The position numbers were made by a program, and so were the translations under genes. Below, in pieces: positions 44,282 through 54,600 of a DNA stretch of 64,000 nucleotides. This stretch comes from a bacterium. GTDB lineage: Bacteria > SZUA-182 > DTGQ01 > JAFGSM01. The notes under the pieces were generated by a model that made no database searches, was not told where the DNA came from, and was given only the letters and a program-made list of their open reading frames with translations. The stretch's first letter is position 1, and the number at the start of each line of letters is the position of its first letter. Location: contig JBLIRN010000014.1 of NCBI GenBank assembly GCA_049472315.1, forward strand, positions 5,820 to 69,819, read 5' to 3'.

Positions 44282-47200
44282 ATGAACATAATGGGCGATC
44301 AAAAACTCCCTCGGGCGACGTGCGGCAGCCATGTTCGCAAGAAAGCATTTGTATGTGCCATTGCCGCGGCATTCCTCCTGTGTGTCCTGAGCCCCCGTGC
44401 GTGGTCTGAATCCCTTGATATCAGGGTGAGTTCATCACAGGATGACGCCGAGGAGCGCGTGAGCAACGGTGTCGTGGATTGCGGCAGTACGGATCTTGAA
44501 ATGATTCAAGAAAGTTCAGCCCAGATCGTGGGTATCCGTTTCAGGGACGTGACCGTGCCCAATGGCGCTGCCATCACCAACGCCTACATTGAATTCGAGA
44601 CGGACGAGACGAACAGCGGGTCTACTACACTATACTTCAAGGGGGAGGCTTCCGATAACGCTGCTGCCTTCTCCGAATCGGGCCATCACAACATCTCCGG
44701 CCGAGCCCGCACAACCGCCGTCGTATCCTGGGCGGGCGTACCTGCCTGGAATCAGAATAATAAAAAGCACCAGACCCCGGACCTCAGCCCCGTCATCCAG
44801 GAGATCGTCGACCGGGATGGGTGGACCGCCGGAAATTCCCTTGCGATCATCATCACCGGCTCGGGCAAGAGGGTTGCCGAGTCCTATGACAAAGGTAACC
44901 ATACGTCAGGCCCCCTCCTCCACCTTGAATACGAATCGGATGCCCTGGATATCAGGGTGGCGCAGAACAGCGATGATGCGGAGGAAAAAACGGACGGGAG
45001 CATGAGGCTTTACAGCGACGATCTGGATCTCATCCGCAAGCAGACCGACCAGACCGTGGGCATCCGCTTCCAGGGCATCAATGTGCCCCGTGGCGCATGG
45101 ATCACCACCGCCTATATCCGGTTCGAGGCGGCGGGGACAAACTCGGAGGCAACAAATCTGACCATCGCCGGGGAATCCACCGACGATGCAGGGACCTTTT
45201 CGAACACGAGCGGCGATATCACCCGCAGGTCCACCACCGCTGCCTCGGTCTCCTGGAATAACGTACCCGCATGGAGCAGCGTGGGTGAGCGTCACTCCAC
45301 CCCCGATCTCAGCGTCATCGTCCAGGAGATTGTGGGAAGGCCGGGATGGGAGCCGGGAAATGACATGGTATTCATTATCAGCGGATCAGGGAAAAGGGTG
45401 GCGGCATCCCTGGACGATGATCCGGGGAAGGCGCCCATGCTCCACATCGAATACTCCGACGCTACGTTCCCCTTCATCATGACGGATATAAGCAGCCTGG
45501 GTGCTGTCTGCTATAAGGAAAACGACGCAGCACCAGACGGTTTCACGATCACCAACAGCGGCTCCGCTGCCATGCACTTCACCCTCTCGGATGATGCCGA
45601 GTGGGTCTCCGTATCTCCGGCGAGCGGGATGCTGGACCCGGGGGATTCCGCCGAGATTGCGGTGAGCTTCAATACATCGTCCCTGGATGTCGGAACGTAC
45701 GAAACAAGCATCATGATCATGGACCCCAATGCACCCAACAGCCCTCTTGAAATCGACGTGAGCGTCACCATTCAGCCGATCCCCGAGTCCGCGGCCTGCG
45801 GCCATGTGCCGGTGTATACGGAAAACCTGGTGAGCCCTGCCATATTGATCCTCCTCGATCTCTCCGGGAGCATGGGAACGAAGATGGCCATATCCGATCC
45901 CGCCGAGAATCCCCGCACCCCCGACCTTTCGCAGATCGTCCAGGAGATTGTGGACAGATCCGGATGGAACTCGGGGAATGCGATGGCGTTCATCATCACG
46001 GGGAGCGGGTGCAGGATCGCCGAATCCTATGACGGCGAATCGGGCGCCGCCCCCCTCCTGCACGTAGAGTATATCCATTCCGGTACCCACGTCCTGGATG
46101 TCAGGGTCTCCCACAGTCATGACGATGCAGAAGAGGCATCAAACGGGAATGTTTCGCGCTCCAGCAGCGATCTCGAGCTGGTGCGTGACGGCTCCGATCA
46201 GATCGTGGGCATCCGTTTCCAGAACGTCACCATACCGCCGGGGGCCGACATTGCCAATGCATACATCGAGTTTGTCGTGGACGAGGCAAAGAGCCAAGCC
46301 ACCTCCCTGACTATCCGGGGGGAGGCAATGGACGATCCCCCCAAGTTTTCCAACTCAAAGAGAAACATCTCGAACCGGACCACTACTGATGCATATGCGG
46401 CCTGGCTCAACATCCCCGCCTGGAGCCTCCCCACCCAGCAGACCAGGATCGCGATCGCACGCTCCGTGATCAGCGAGCTCGTCGGGGACAAAAGCATTGC
46501 GTGGGGATTCGGCACATGGCGCTCAAACGAGAATGCCGGGTATACCGCAGGTATCGACTACACCAAGATCCACGTGGGGTGCGGGCCCAATGACCCGAAC
46601 CAGCAGTTGCTGCTTCAGGAGAGCATCAGCACGAAGACGGAGATCGGAGGGTCCACCCCCTTTGGCCCCTCCATCCTGGCAGCACAAAAATATTATTCCG
46701 GTCAAAAAAAGGACCGGGAGGGCGACGGTGAGTACTACGTAGACATCCCGTGCCAGCCGAGATTCCTCGTCGAGATCACCGACGGTCTGGGTAACGTGGA
46801 TTCGAACAATGAGACGGTGAGGCTGCGCACCAACGACCTGTGCGATGAAGGGGTGACCCCCATCGCCGTAGGATTCGGCATCGACGACGCCACCCAGATA
46901 CAGATCATGGCGAGTATCAGCAACGAGCGCGGGCATGCATCTGATGACCTCTATGCCCTGCACGACGAGGTGAACGGAGTCGGACAGCCCTTCCTGGCAT
47001 ACAGCGAGGAGGCCCTCAAGGAGGCATTGGCCGCCATCACCGAGCGGATCAAGGGACAGATATTCCATGGCGCAGCCCCGGTGCCCACCACCTCCTCGGA
47101 TTACGGGGACATCGTTATCATGGCTCAATTCGATGCCACCGACTGGTCCGGCGACCTGGTGGCGACCACCTTGGATCAGACCACCGGCGCATGGGATCGG

Positions 47201-48850
47201 GTGGTCTGGCGGGCAAGCGAGGCCATGCCCGCCTTCCGCACGGTGTTCACCGTCGATCCATCCGACCAGGAGAGGGTCATACCCTATTCCGATTCGGTGC
47301 TCCCTCATGATCATTGGCTATGCAAGGACCTCGGGGATATCATCCGCTCCACTCCCATTATCGTGGGGGAACCTCCCTTCTATTACCCCTTCGACGGATA
47401 CACGGCATGGAAGCGGGGAATCACCCGGGATCACGTGGTATACGTCGGTGCAAACGACGGCAGCCTGCACGCCTTTCGTCTCTCCGACGGAAGGGAGATT
47501 TGGGCGTTCGTGCCCCGCAGTTCACATGAGAAGCTCAATCGGGCGGACGATCCGGTGTACGATCCGTGCGGCAATCGATACTGCCACCAGTACTTCGTGG
47601 ACGGCTCGCCCCGCGTCGGCGACATCCACACCGGAACCACCTGGATGACCTTGCTGGTGTGCGGTCTGAGGGAAGGAGGGGGATCCTACTTCGCCCTGGA
47701 CATCACCCATGGCCAGCCCTTCGGGGTGACAAGCGGCGCCCGATACCTATGGGAATTCTCCGATACCGAGCTTGGTCAGACCTGGGCGGACCCGAGCATC
47801 GACCGGGTTTCCGACGGAGACGGGGCAGCATGGGGGATCTTTTTCGGTTCCGGATATTCCTCCACCGCGCAGCAGGAGAAGGAGGCGTATCTGTACGGCA
47901 TTGCGGCCCATAACAAGGCCCCCTTATGGAGGGACGGATCAACGGACATCAACCGAATCAAGGTCTCCTCAACGACATTGAAGGATGACGCCCTTGCCTC
48001 GCCACTGGTAGCCGATCTTGATGCGGATACTATGGGGGACCACCTGTATGCGGGAAATCTGTACGGGACCATGTACCGCATCACCCACATCGGCAAGGGC
48101 CAACTGCCTAGTGTTACGAGACTTTTCGGTTTTGACACCCTCACCCGCTCACACCCCGTCAGGGCGCAGGCCACATTCGCCTATGGGGTAGACGAGGGAA
48201 GCGTCTGGGTATACTTCGGCACCGGACGCTACGAGACCCAGGCGGACAAGACAGCCATGGGGCAGCAGTACCTCTTCGGCCTGAAGGACAGCCTGTCCGA
48301 TCCCCCGATCTATTCCCTGGATGACCTCGTACGATTGCGCTCCACCCTTATGGAATATAGGGACAGCGAAACCGGTGAGACCCGGCCCGTCAAGGTCGTG
48401 GAAGGGGGAAACGAATCACGCAGATCCTGGGCACTCACCCTGGATGCCTCATCACCCGATCTGGTTGGCAGCGAGCGCGTGCTCGAGCAACCCCTGGTGG
48501 TCGCGGGGATCGTGTACTTCACCACCTTTATCCCCGATCAGGACATCTGTGCGGGAAACGGGGACACCTGGGTCTACGCCCTGGAGTATGATACCGGGCG
48601 GCCCCCCATCACCCCGGTCTTCGACCTGAACGAGGATGGTGTCTTCGACGAGAGGGACAAGGCCACGGACGAGGATGGCGTGGTTCACAGCATCGCTGCG
48701 GTGCAGGTGGGAAGCGGCCAGGGATCGAAGCCGGTCCTGCACAAGGACACCCTGTTCGTCACCACCACCAATGAGGATGTCGCCGCACTGAAAATCAATG
48801 TCGACGAGACCATGGCCACCCTTACCTCCTGGAGGGACAAGACGATATAA
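44282..48850 (+). CDS. pilY1: PilY1-like tip adhesin, giant form (1522 aa) with N-terminal tandem modules and interrupted vWA domain
   Basis: Signal peptide. Two ~175-aa novel modules (aa 45-394), a BACON-like beta domain, a vWA MIDAS motif LILLDLSGSMG, a permuted third module, and the vWA remainder (FLVEITDGLGN). The C-terminal PilY1 beta-propeller carries YVGANDGSLHAF. Confidence 0.85.
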   Translation: MNIMGDQKLPRATCGSHVRKKAFVCAIAAAFLLCVLSPRAWSESLDIRVSSSQDDAEERVSNGVVDCGSTDLEMIQESSAQIVGIRFRDVTVPNGAAITNAYIEFETDETNSGSTTLYFKGEASDNAAAFSESGHHNISGRARTTAVVSWAGVPAWNQNNKKHQTPDLSPVIQEIVDRDGWTAGNSLAIIITGSGKRVAESYDKGNHTSGPLLHLEYESDALDIRVAQNSDDAEEKTDGSMRLYSDDLDLIRKQTDQTVGIRFQGINVPRGAWITTAYIRFEAAGTNSEATNLTIAGESTDDAGTFSNTSGDITRRSTTAASVSWNNVPAWSSVGERHSTPDLSVIVQEIVGRPGWEPGNDMVFIISGSGKRVAASLDDDPGKAPMLHIEYSDATFPFIMTDISSLGAVCYKENDAAPDGFTITNSGSAAMHFTLSDDAEWVSVSPASGMLDPGDSAEIAVSFNTSSLDVGTYETSIMIMDPNAPNSPLEIDVSVTIQPIPESAACGHVPVYTENLVSPAILILLDLSGSMGTKMAISDPAENPRTPDLSQIVQEIVDRSGWNSGNAMAFIITGSGCRIAESYDGESGAAPLLHVEYIHSGTHVLDVRVSHSHDDAEEASNGNVSRSSSDLELVRDGSDQIVGIRFQNVTIPPGADIANAYIEFVVDEAKSQATSLTIRGEAMDDPPKFSNSKRNISNRTTTDAYAAWLNIPAWSLPTQQTRIAIARSVISELVGDKSIAWGFGTWRSNENAGYTAGIDYTKIHVGCGPNDPNQQLLLQESISTKTEIGGSTPFGPSILAAQKYYSGQKKDREGDGEYYVDIPCQPRFLVEITDGLGNVDSNNETVRLRTNDLCDEGVTPIAVGFGIDDATQIQIMASISNERGHASDDLYALHDEVNGVGQPFLAYSEEALKEALAAITERIKGQIFHGAAPVPTTSSDYGDIVIMAQFDATDWSGDLVATTLDQTTGAWDRVVWRASEAMPAFRTVFTVDPSDQERVIPYSDSVLPHDHWLCKDLGDIIRSTPIIVGEPPFYYPFDGYTAWKRGITRDHVVYVGANDGSLHAFRLSDGREIWAFVPRSSHEKLNRADDPVYDPCGNRYCHQYFVDGSPRVGDIHTGTTWMTLLVCGLREGGGSYFALDITHGQPFGVTSGARYLWEFSDTELGQTWADPSIDRVSDGDGAAWGIFFGSGYSSTAQQEKEAYLYGIAAHNKAPLWRDGSTDINRIKVSSTTLKDDALASPLVADLDADTMGDHLYAGNLYGTMYRITHIGKGQLPSVTRLFGFDTLTRSHPVRAQATFAYGVDEGSVWVYFGTGRYETQADKTAMGQQYLFGLKDSLSDPPIYSLDDLVRLRSTLMEYRDSETGETRPVKVVEGGNESRRSWALTLDASSPDLVGSERVLEQPLVVAGIVYFTTFIPDQDICAGNGDTWVYALEYDTGRPPITPVFDLNEDGVFDERDKATDEDGVVHSIAAVQVGSGQGSKPVLHKDTLFVTTTNEDVAALKINVDETMATLTSWRDKTI
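44414..45463 (+). repeat. Two tandem ~175-aa protein modules inside pilY1 (about 50% aa identity), unrecognised domain family
   Basis: Each begins LDIRV(x4)DDAEE and ends PLLH(L/I)EY(E)SDA. Conserved core IVGIRF...AYI.FE...TPDLS.I.QEIV.R.GW..GN...II.GSGKRVA.S.D. Confidence 0.8.
45890..46426 (+). repeat. Circularly permuted third copy of the pilY1 module (C-half then N-half) inserted inside the vWA domain
   Basis: aa 537-603 align to module positions about 115-177 (PRTPDLSQIVQEIVDRSGWNSGNAMAFIITGSGCRIAESYD...LLHVEY). aa 604-715 align to positions 1-112 (LDVRVSHSHDDAEE...IVGIRFQNVTIPPGADIANAYIEF...). It is flanked by the vWA MIDAS start and the vWA remainder. Confidence 0.75.
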
Positions 48851-49077
48851 ACATATTCCTCCAGCAGTCTTTATTTTTCGCACTTCATTCAAAAATCTCC
48901 TGATTTCCAAAATATTTCTCCTTTCCCTCCCTCCCCCTCCTTCCGCGGCAATTCTCATTTTAACCTTGTATTGCCCCGATCCTTTGATGACATTCAAAAT
49001 AAGAATTGCTCATATCCCTCCGATCAATTTTTTTATTTTGCCGATAAAAGAATAAATAACTCCATGGAGGCATATTT

Positions 49078-49578
49078 ATGATGAAGACACGCTGGATTGG
49101 GGGCATGACCCTCATCGAGGTAGCGGTCGTGGTGTCGATTATCGTCGTTGCCACTACCCTCGCAGTTCCTTCCATAGTGGGCATAATGCCCCGATTCCTT
49201 CTCAATTCACAGGTCTCCGCCCTGCACAACGACTTCCAGAGGGCACGCTTCAAGTCCATCAGCCTCAACACCCAGTACCGGATCAGCCTCGCAATAGACA
49301 TTTCGCCAAACCCGGATACCTATAAAGGGGAGTACTACGACCTCGCCACCGCCAAGTGGGTGGCGGATACGGAGATGAAATCCAGGCAGATCCGCGAGGG
49401 GGTGGATATCGCCTATATAGGAAGCGCGGGTAAAACCAAGGACATCTTCCTCATCCGGTTCAATCCCGACGGCACCGCCGATGACGAAGAGATATTCCTG
49501 ACAAACTCAAAGGGGCTCCAGCGGCGGATCGAGATAATCGACACCACCGGCATTATAAGGGTCCATAACTCATGGTAG
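49078..49578 (+). CDS. fimT: Type IV pilus minor pilin, FimT/GspH family (set 2)
   Basis: GG|MTLIEVAVVVSIIVVATTLAVP prepilin-like N-terminus and GspH-like region VSALHNDFQRARFKSISLN. Confidence 0.75.
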   Translation: MMKTRWIGGMTLIEVAVVVSIIVVATTLAVPSIVGIMPRFLLNSQVSALHNDFQRARFKSISLNTQYRISLAIDISPNPDTYKGEYYDLATAKWVADTEMKSRQIREGVDIAYIGSAGKTKDIFLIRFNPDGTADDEEIFLTNSKGLQRRIEIIDTTGIIRVHNSW

Positions 49579-49588
49579 GTGAACGCAC

Positions 49589-50029
49589 ATGACGATGACA
49601 CGACATGCAGGGTTTACCATCATCGAGGTGATGGTGGCGCTGGTATTCCTGGCCGTAGGCCTGCTGGGAATCGCAGGGCTTCACTATGCCACCATAGCGG
49701 GGAACAAGTCGGCAAACTATGCCACCCTCGCGGTAAACCTTGCCGAGGACAAGCTCGAGGAGCTGAAGCGACTCACCTATAACCATGGGGACCTTGCAGA
49801 TACGGATAACAACAAGAATGACATAAGCACCGAGATCAAGCAGAATCCCTCTTTGTTCACCAATCCGGACCATGCCAACGATTCACCTGACTCGAGGCTG
49901 ACCCGCGTGTGGAACGTGGCAAACGACACCCCCGCAGCCCGCTTGAAAACGGTGACGGTCATAGTCGGATGGGAGGATACCCGGTGGCACTACATCGCCC
50001 TTACAACCATCATACGAAATGAGGGATAA
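49589..50029 (+). CDS. pilV: Type IV pilus minor pilin PilV-like (set 2)
   Basis: HAG|FTIIEVMVALVFLAVGLLGIAGL. About 145 aa. Confidence 0.8.
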   Translation: MTMTRHAGFTIIEVMVALVFLAVGLLGIAGLHYATIAGNKSANYATLAVNLAEDKLEELKRLTYNHGDLADTDNNKNDISTEIKQNPSLFTNPDHANDSPDSRLTRVWNVANDTPAARLKTVTVIVGWEDTRWHYIALTTIIRNEG

Positions 50030-50032
50030 GCC

Positions 50033-50992
50033 ATGGACCACCAGTGCACCAGGAAAACGGACCCCCGCTGGTCCCAGGGATTCAGCCTCATCGAGCTGAT
50101 CATCGCCCTGGTGATGTCCCTTGTGGTGATGAGCGGGATTTATGCCTACTGCAACAGCCATCACAAGTCCCATAACATCCAGACCAGGGTCAACGAGATG
50201 AACCAGGGCATTCGGTTCGCCATGAACCGGATGGTATCCGAGGTCAGGATGGCGGGATTCAAGACGGGCTCGGGTACTCAAGTGTTCCACTCCGTTGCAT
50301 CCACCGCGTGGTGGACCTTCGGTCTTGCTGCAACGATACCCTACAACACCCCTCTTGTGGCCGACAACATGGTCATCAGGCAGGGGGCGTGCGACCCGCG
50401 GGATGACATGCTCATCTTCATGTACGCGGATTCGGACCCCGAGATACAGCTTGCAAATGCGGCAGGCAAGGGCGATGTGTGGATCAAGCTGAATCTCGAC
50501 ACGGACGAGGTTGCCGAACGCTTCCACAAGGGAGACATCATATACATCGGGTTCGGCACGGTGCGCTTCCCGGAGGATGACCTTGAATACGCCAAGGTGA
50601 TCTCCATCTCATACAGTTGGCTGTATATCGACACCAATCCCTTCATAGGAGGGGTTCAGGGACTGGCTAACCTCAATGACTACCGGGTCGGCACGGAGGT
50701 GGGAATCGTCAACGTGGTGACCTATGCGGTGTTCAACGACAAGAACGATTCCACATTCTCGAAACACGAGAAGGGGCACCCGGTGCTCGCCAGGAAGTGC
50801 AATATGGACGACTTTGAGGCCTTGGTGGAGGACATCGAGTCGCTCGAGGTTACGGCGCAGGGAAACGACGTCCAGATAAGCATCATCGCCAGGACCTCCA
50901 AGGAGGAGCCTGAGTTCACCAATCCCCATTTCGGGGACCACTTCCGGAGAAGGACCATGACCTCCATGGTCAAGGTCAGAAACAGAGAGTGA
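50033..50992 (+). CDS. pilW: Type IV pilus minor pilin PilW-like (set 2)
   Basis: SQG|FSLIELIIALVMSLVVMSGIYAY. 319 aa. Confidence 0.75.
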   Translation: MDHQCTRKTDPRWSQGFSLIELIIALVMSLVVMSGIYAYCNSHHKSHNIQTRVNEMNQGIRFAMNRMVSEVRMAGFKTGSGTQVFHSVASTAWWTFGLAATIPYNTPLVADNMVIRQGACDPRDDMLIFMYADSDPEIQLANAAGKGDVWIKLNLDTDEVAERFHKGDIIYIGFGTVRFPEDDLEYAKVISISYSWLYIDTNPFIGGVQGLANLNDYRVGTEVGIVNVVTYAVFNDKNDSTFSKHEKGHPVLARKCNMDDFEALVEDIESLEVTAQGNDVQISIIARTSKEEPEFTNPHFGDHFRRRTMTSMVKVRNRE

Positions 50993-51001
50993 GGTGCCAC
51001 C

Positions 51002-51577
51002 ATGAAAAGCCCGGCACGGATATACGCCATGATCCTTGGCAACCAGCAGGGGGTCGCCATTCTTGCGGCGCTCGTCGTCATGGTGATGCTGACGGTTCTG
51101 GGACTGGCGGGCATCTACCTTTCCACCACCGACATCATGATCTCGCACAACTACCGCGTCATCAAACAGAAATTCTATGCGGCCGAGGCCGCACTTCAGC
51201 AGGGGATCAACATCCTCCGGGGCACCTCCATTGAGGACTGGAACGACTATATCAGCACCGCGACCGCAAAAGACCCTGAGGTGGCGCTGCCGGGGATGTC
51301 CGACGTGGAGTTCCAGGGGATGCGTTACACCATAAAGGTAAAGAACAATCTCGACGATTTCGTATTCGGTGACGCGAACTATACGGTCGACGAATGGTAC
51401 AGCACCAATCTTGACAACATCATGGTGGTCGTTGCCGAGGGCATGGGAGACAGCGGTCAGCCCAAAGTCCTGGAGGCTGCGGTGGAATGGGAACCCGGAA
51501 GCGTGCACTCGTACGGAGGAAAGGACATCACCTCCGACAACGTCAACGTGACCGTGGCCAATATCGACTGGAACTGA
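51002..51577 (+). CDS. pilX: PilX-like minor pilin (PilX_N domain) (set 2)
   Basis: QQGVAILAALVVMVMLTVLGLAGIYLSTTDIMISHNYRVIKQKFYAAEAAL matches the PilX_N pattern. Confidence 0.8.
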   Translation: MKSPARIYAMILGNQQGVAILAALVVMVMLTVLGLAGIYLSTTDIMISHNYRVIKQKFYAAEAALQQGINILRGTSIEDWNDYISTATAKDPEVALPGMSDVEFQGMRYTIKVKNNLDDFVFGDANYTVDEWYSTNLDNIMVVVAEGMGDSGQPKVLEAAVEWEPGSVHSYGGKDITSDNVNVTVANIDWN

Positions 51578-51657
51578 GGGACGGCTCACGTCATACAGCG
51601 TGACATGTACGGGAAGAAAAACAATTTAACTGGAACATCCATAATAGGAGGTGCACC

Positions 51658-54600
51658 ATGATTTGCAACAAGAACTGGCAATGGATGATCGTTGTCTGCC
51701 TTGCGGGTGTCCTTCTCTTTGCATCCGTTTCACATGCAAAGATGAAGCCCCTGAAGGCCCTCGAGGACATGGTGGTCCCGCCGAACATCATGATAATCAT
51801 GGACACCTCAGGGAGTATGCAGTGGAACATCGACGGGAAGACCCTGACATGGCCCGACGGCGATGGCCATGTGTACGGGTCCCACGAGGACAGCCGCCTT
51901 TTCATCGCCAAGACGGTCGTCAGGGACGTGCTCAACGACTGCCGGGGACTGGCGAACTTCGGGCTCATGTCCTTCCTGCAGACCCACTACCAGAGGACCA
52001 GCAGCGTAAAGGGGTACTTCCCCTACTACAAGATAGGGTCGGCAGTACCGGTGTACGAGAAGAAATTTTTCACCGTTAATGAACTCTCGTTAGAAAAATA
52101 CGTGGTGAACGGCAAGCCCAAACAGCCCGCAAACAGCGGAAAGCCCAACTACCGGCCGGTTGATGTGTTCGAGTTCAACGGGGTGGAGTACCTCCTTATG
52201 GGAGGTACCAGTGCCAAGTACCAGAGAAAGTCAGGCAAGAAACGGCACAATGCCTGGCATGCTTACTGCGGGTACCAGTGCGACTTCGCCGACCCCGTTA
52301 CCGGTAAGACGTATACCTGGACATACCAGGGAAGCAACTACAAGTACGCGAAGAAACTGCAAGACGATGATTCGATCTACTATTTCACCAAATTCTACGG
52401 CAAGGAGTTCATAGCCACCGGCGACGAGGACTTAAACAACGGGTGCAGCGGCACCGTGGACCCGAACGACGTGTTCCTCTACTACCATGGCATGGACGGC
52501 AAGAACTTCAAGTACTCCAGCGTTTCCGGCTCGTGGAGCGATTCGGACCACCCGGTGGGCGCACGCGACACCTATGCGGTGTATAGGGGCGGGATCGTCC
52601 TTGTTCCCATATCCCTCTCCGCGGACAAGGAAGTCCAGTGCCAAAGGGTCGACGATATCCTCCAGTGGATGGAATCGCAGGATGCAGGGGGGCTCATCTC
52701 CATCGGTGCCACACCTACCGGCTCAACCCTGCGCAATGACACGGTGGTGTCAGGATACTATAACGACTACAAGGAATACTTCCTTGGCGAGATCGACAAG
52801 AAGGATACCCTGTCGTGCCGCAGAAACGCCGTCATCTTCGTGACCGACGGTGAGCCCAGCCCGACGGAGGAGGGGGGATACGCCAAAAACGCAGCGGAGG
52901 ACCTGTACAAGAACTATGGGGTCAAGGTCTTCATGGTCGGGTTCGGCGCCGATACCGATGGGAGCACCACCCTCAACGAGATCGCCATCAAGGGGGGCAC
53001 CGAACATGCCTACTATGCAACCTCCCAGGAGGAACTCGAGGAGGCACTTCTGAACATCATCTTCGAGGCAGCAGCAGGCGACTATGCCACCTCTTCGCCC
53101 ACCTCCGGTTCAGGGGGCTGCACACGCCTCATCGGGAACGTCGGTCTCCTGGGCACTGCGGAGTTCCCCTCCTGGAGAGGGCACCTGATGGCCTACGACC
53201 TGTCGAAGGACGAGACCTTGTGGGACGCAGGGGAATTGCTGAACGCCGACCACGTCCAATGGAACGAACGAAAGATCTATACATCAGACTCCGCGAACAA
53301 CCTGGTCCCCTTCTTCGACGGCTCCGGTGCGCCCAATACCGTGAGACTCCTGTCGCTCGGCCTGGGACTGAGCGCCGGCGAGACCCTTGAGATCATCGAA
53401 TTCATCGCCGGAAAGACCCGCTCCTGGCGGCTCTTCGACATTACCAACTGTACCCCTGTCGCGGTGGGCCCTCCCTATACACCGCTGTATCCGGTGGCCA
53501 TGCCCGGGCACGACATATACGAGAAGACTTACGAGCGTCGAAGGACCCTCGTCTACTCCGGGTCGAACGACGGCATGCTCCATGCTTTCGACATGCTCAC
53601 CGGCAGGGAGGCGTTCGCCTATGTGCCGCCCGACCTCTTCCCCAAGGTGAAGGAGCTCTACCTCAACCGCGGGCAGCCGGTCGATCCCCTGGAGCATATC
53701 TTCGGGGTGGCCGCCTCGCCCAAGGCATACGATGTCCTGCTCGAAGATGATGACTACGATACATGGAGGACCGTGTTGATCTGTGGCGAGGGCCCCGGGG
53801 GGTATAACTACTTCGCCTTGGATGTCACGCATCCATCCCCGGGGGACATAGGCTACGATGCGGATAAGCCGTTCAAGGTGCTCTGGCACACGCGGGACCA
53901 ATACCTGAGATCCAAATACGAGCCGATCGTCGGCGAATCCTGGTCCACCCCCGCCATCGGCCAGATCTCCTTCAAGATATTGGATTACAAAAAGAGCATA
54001 TACGCCGCCTTTATGGGCTCCGGATACGACGACCCAACAAGCCCGGATGCAGAGGGCCTGACCTTCATGGCCATCCGATTCGGTGAAGATCTTTATGACA
54101 ATGGAGGGCTCCTCTTCTCCCAGAACCTGGGCGCACCGTATACCATCGTGCACCATGGGTTGATGGCCGACGCCGTGTGCTATGAGGATAAAGGGCTCAT
54201 CACCGACGCCTACATGGTGGATACCGCAGGGAGGGTATGGCACATGGACACGGTGGGAAAGCCGTCGGACTGGAAAATGACCCAAATCTATGACGCATCC
54301 GTATGGCATCCCTTCTTCTACTCGCCGGCGGTACTCAAGATCGGCGAGGGGGATACGGCGTGCACCAACATGGTGATTGCATCCGGCACCTATGATGACC
54401 CGGGGATCAACTACGAGGGGTGCTCGTTCGTGTCCGGCCTCTTTCTCCTTCACCTGAACAGCGGCGACCAGGTCGTGAACTCGCTGTCCATCCCCTTTAC
54501 CGACATCGTCATGGATGCCAATACGGGCGAGTACTTCCCGGCTCGTGCCAGGGTGAACGCCTCACCCGTTATCATCCAAAACGAGAGCACCTCGCAATAC

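Noticed and set aside
44414-46426. Possibility that the PilY1 tandem modules and the permuted copy are an assembly artefact from collapsed or misjoined repeats.
   Set aside because: The copies are only about 50% identical at the protein level, with different lengths and many indels. Assembly errors arise with near-identical repeats, so divergence this high argues the arrangement is real. Long-read confirmation would still be worthwhile.
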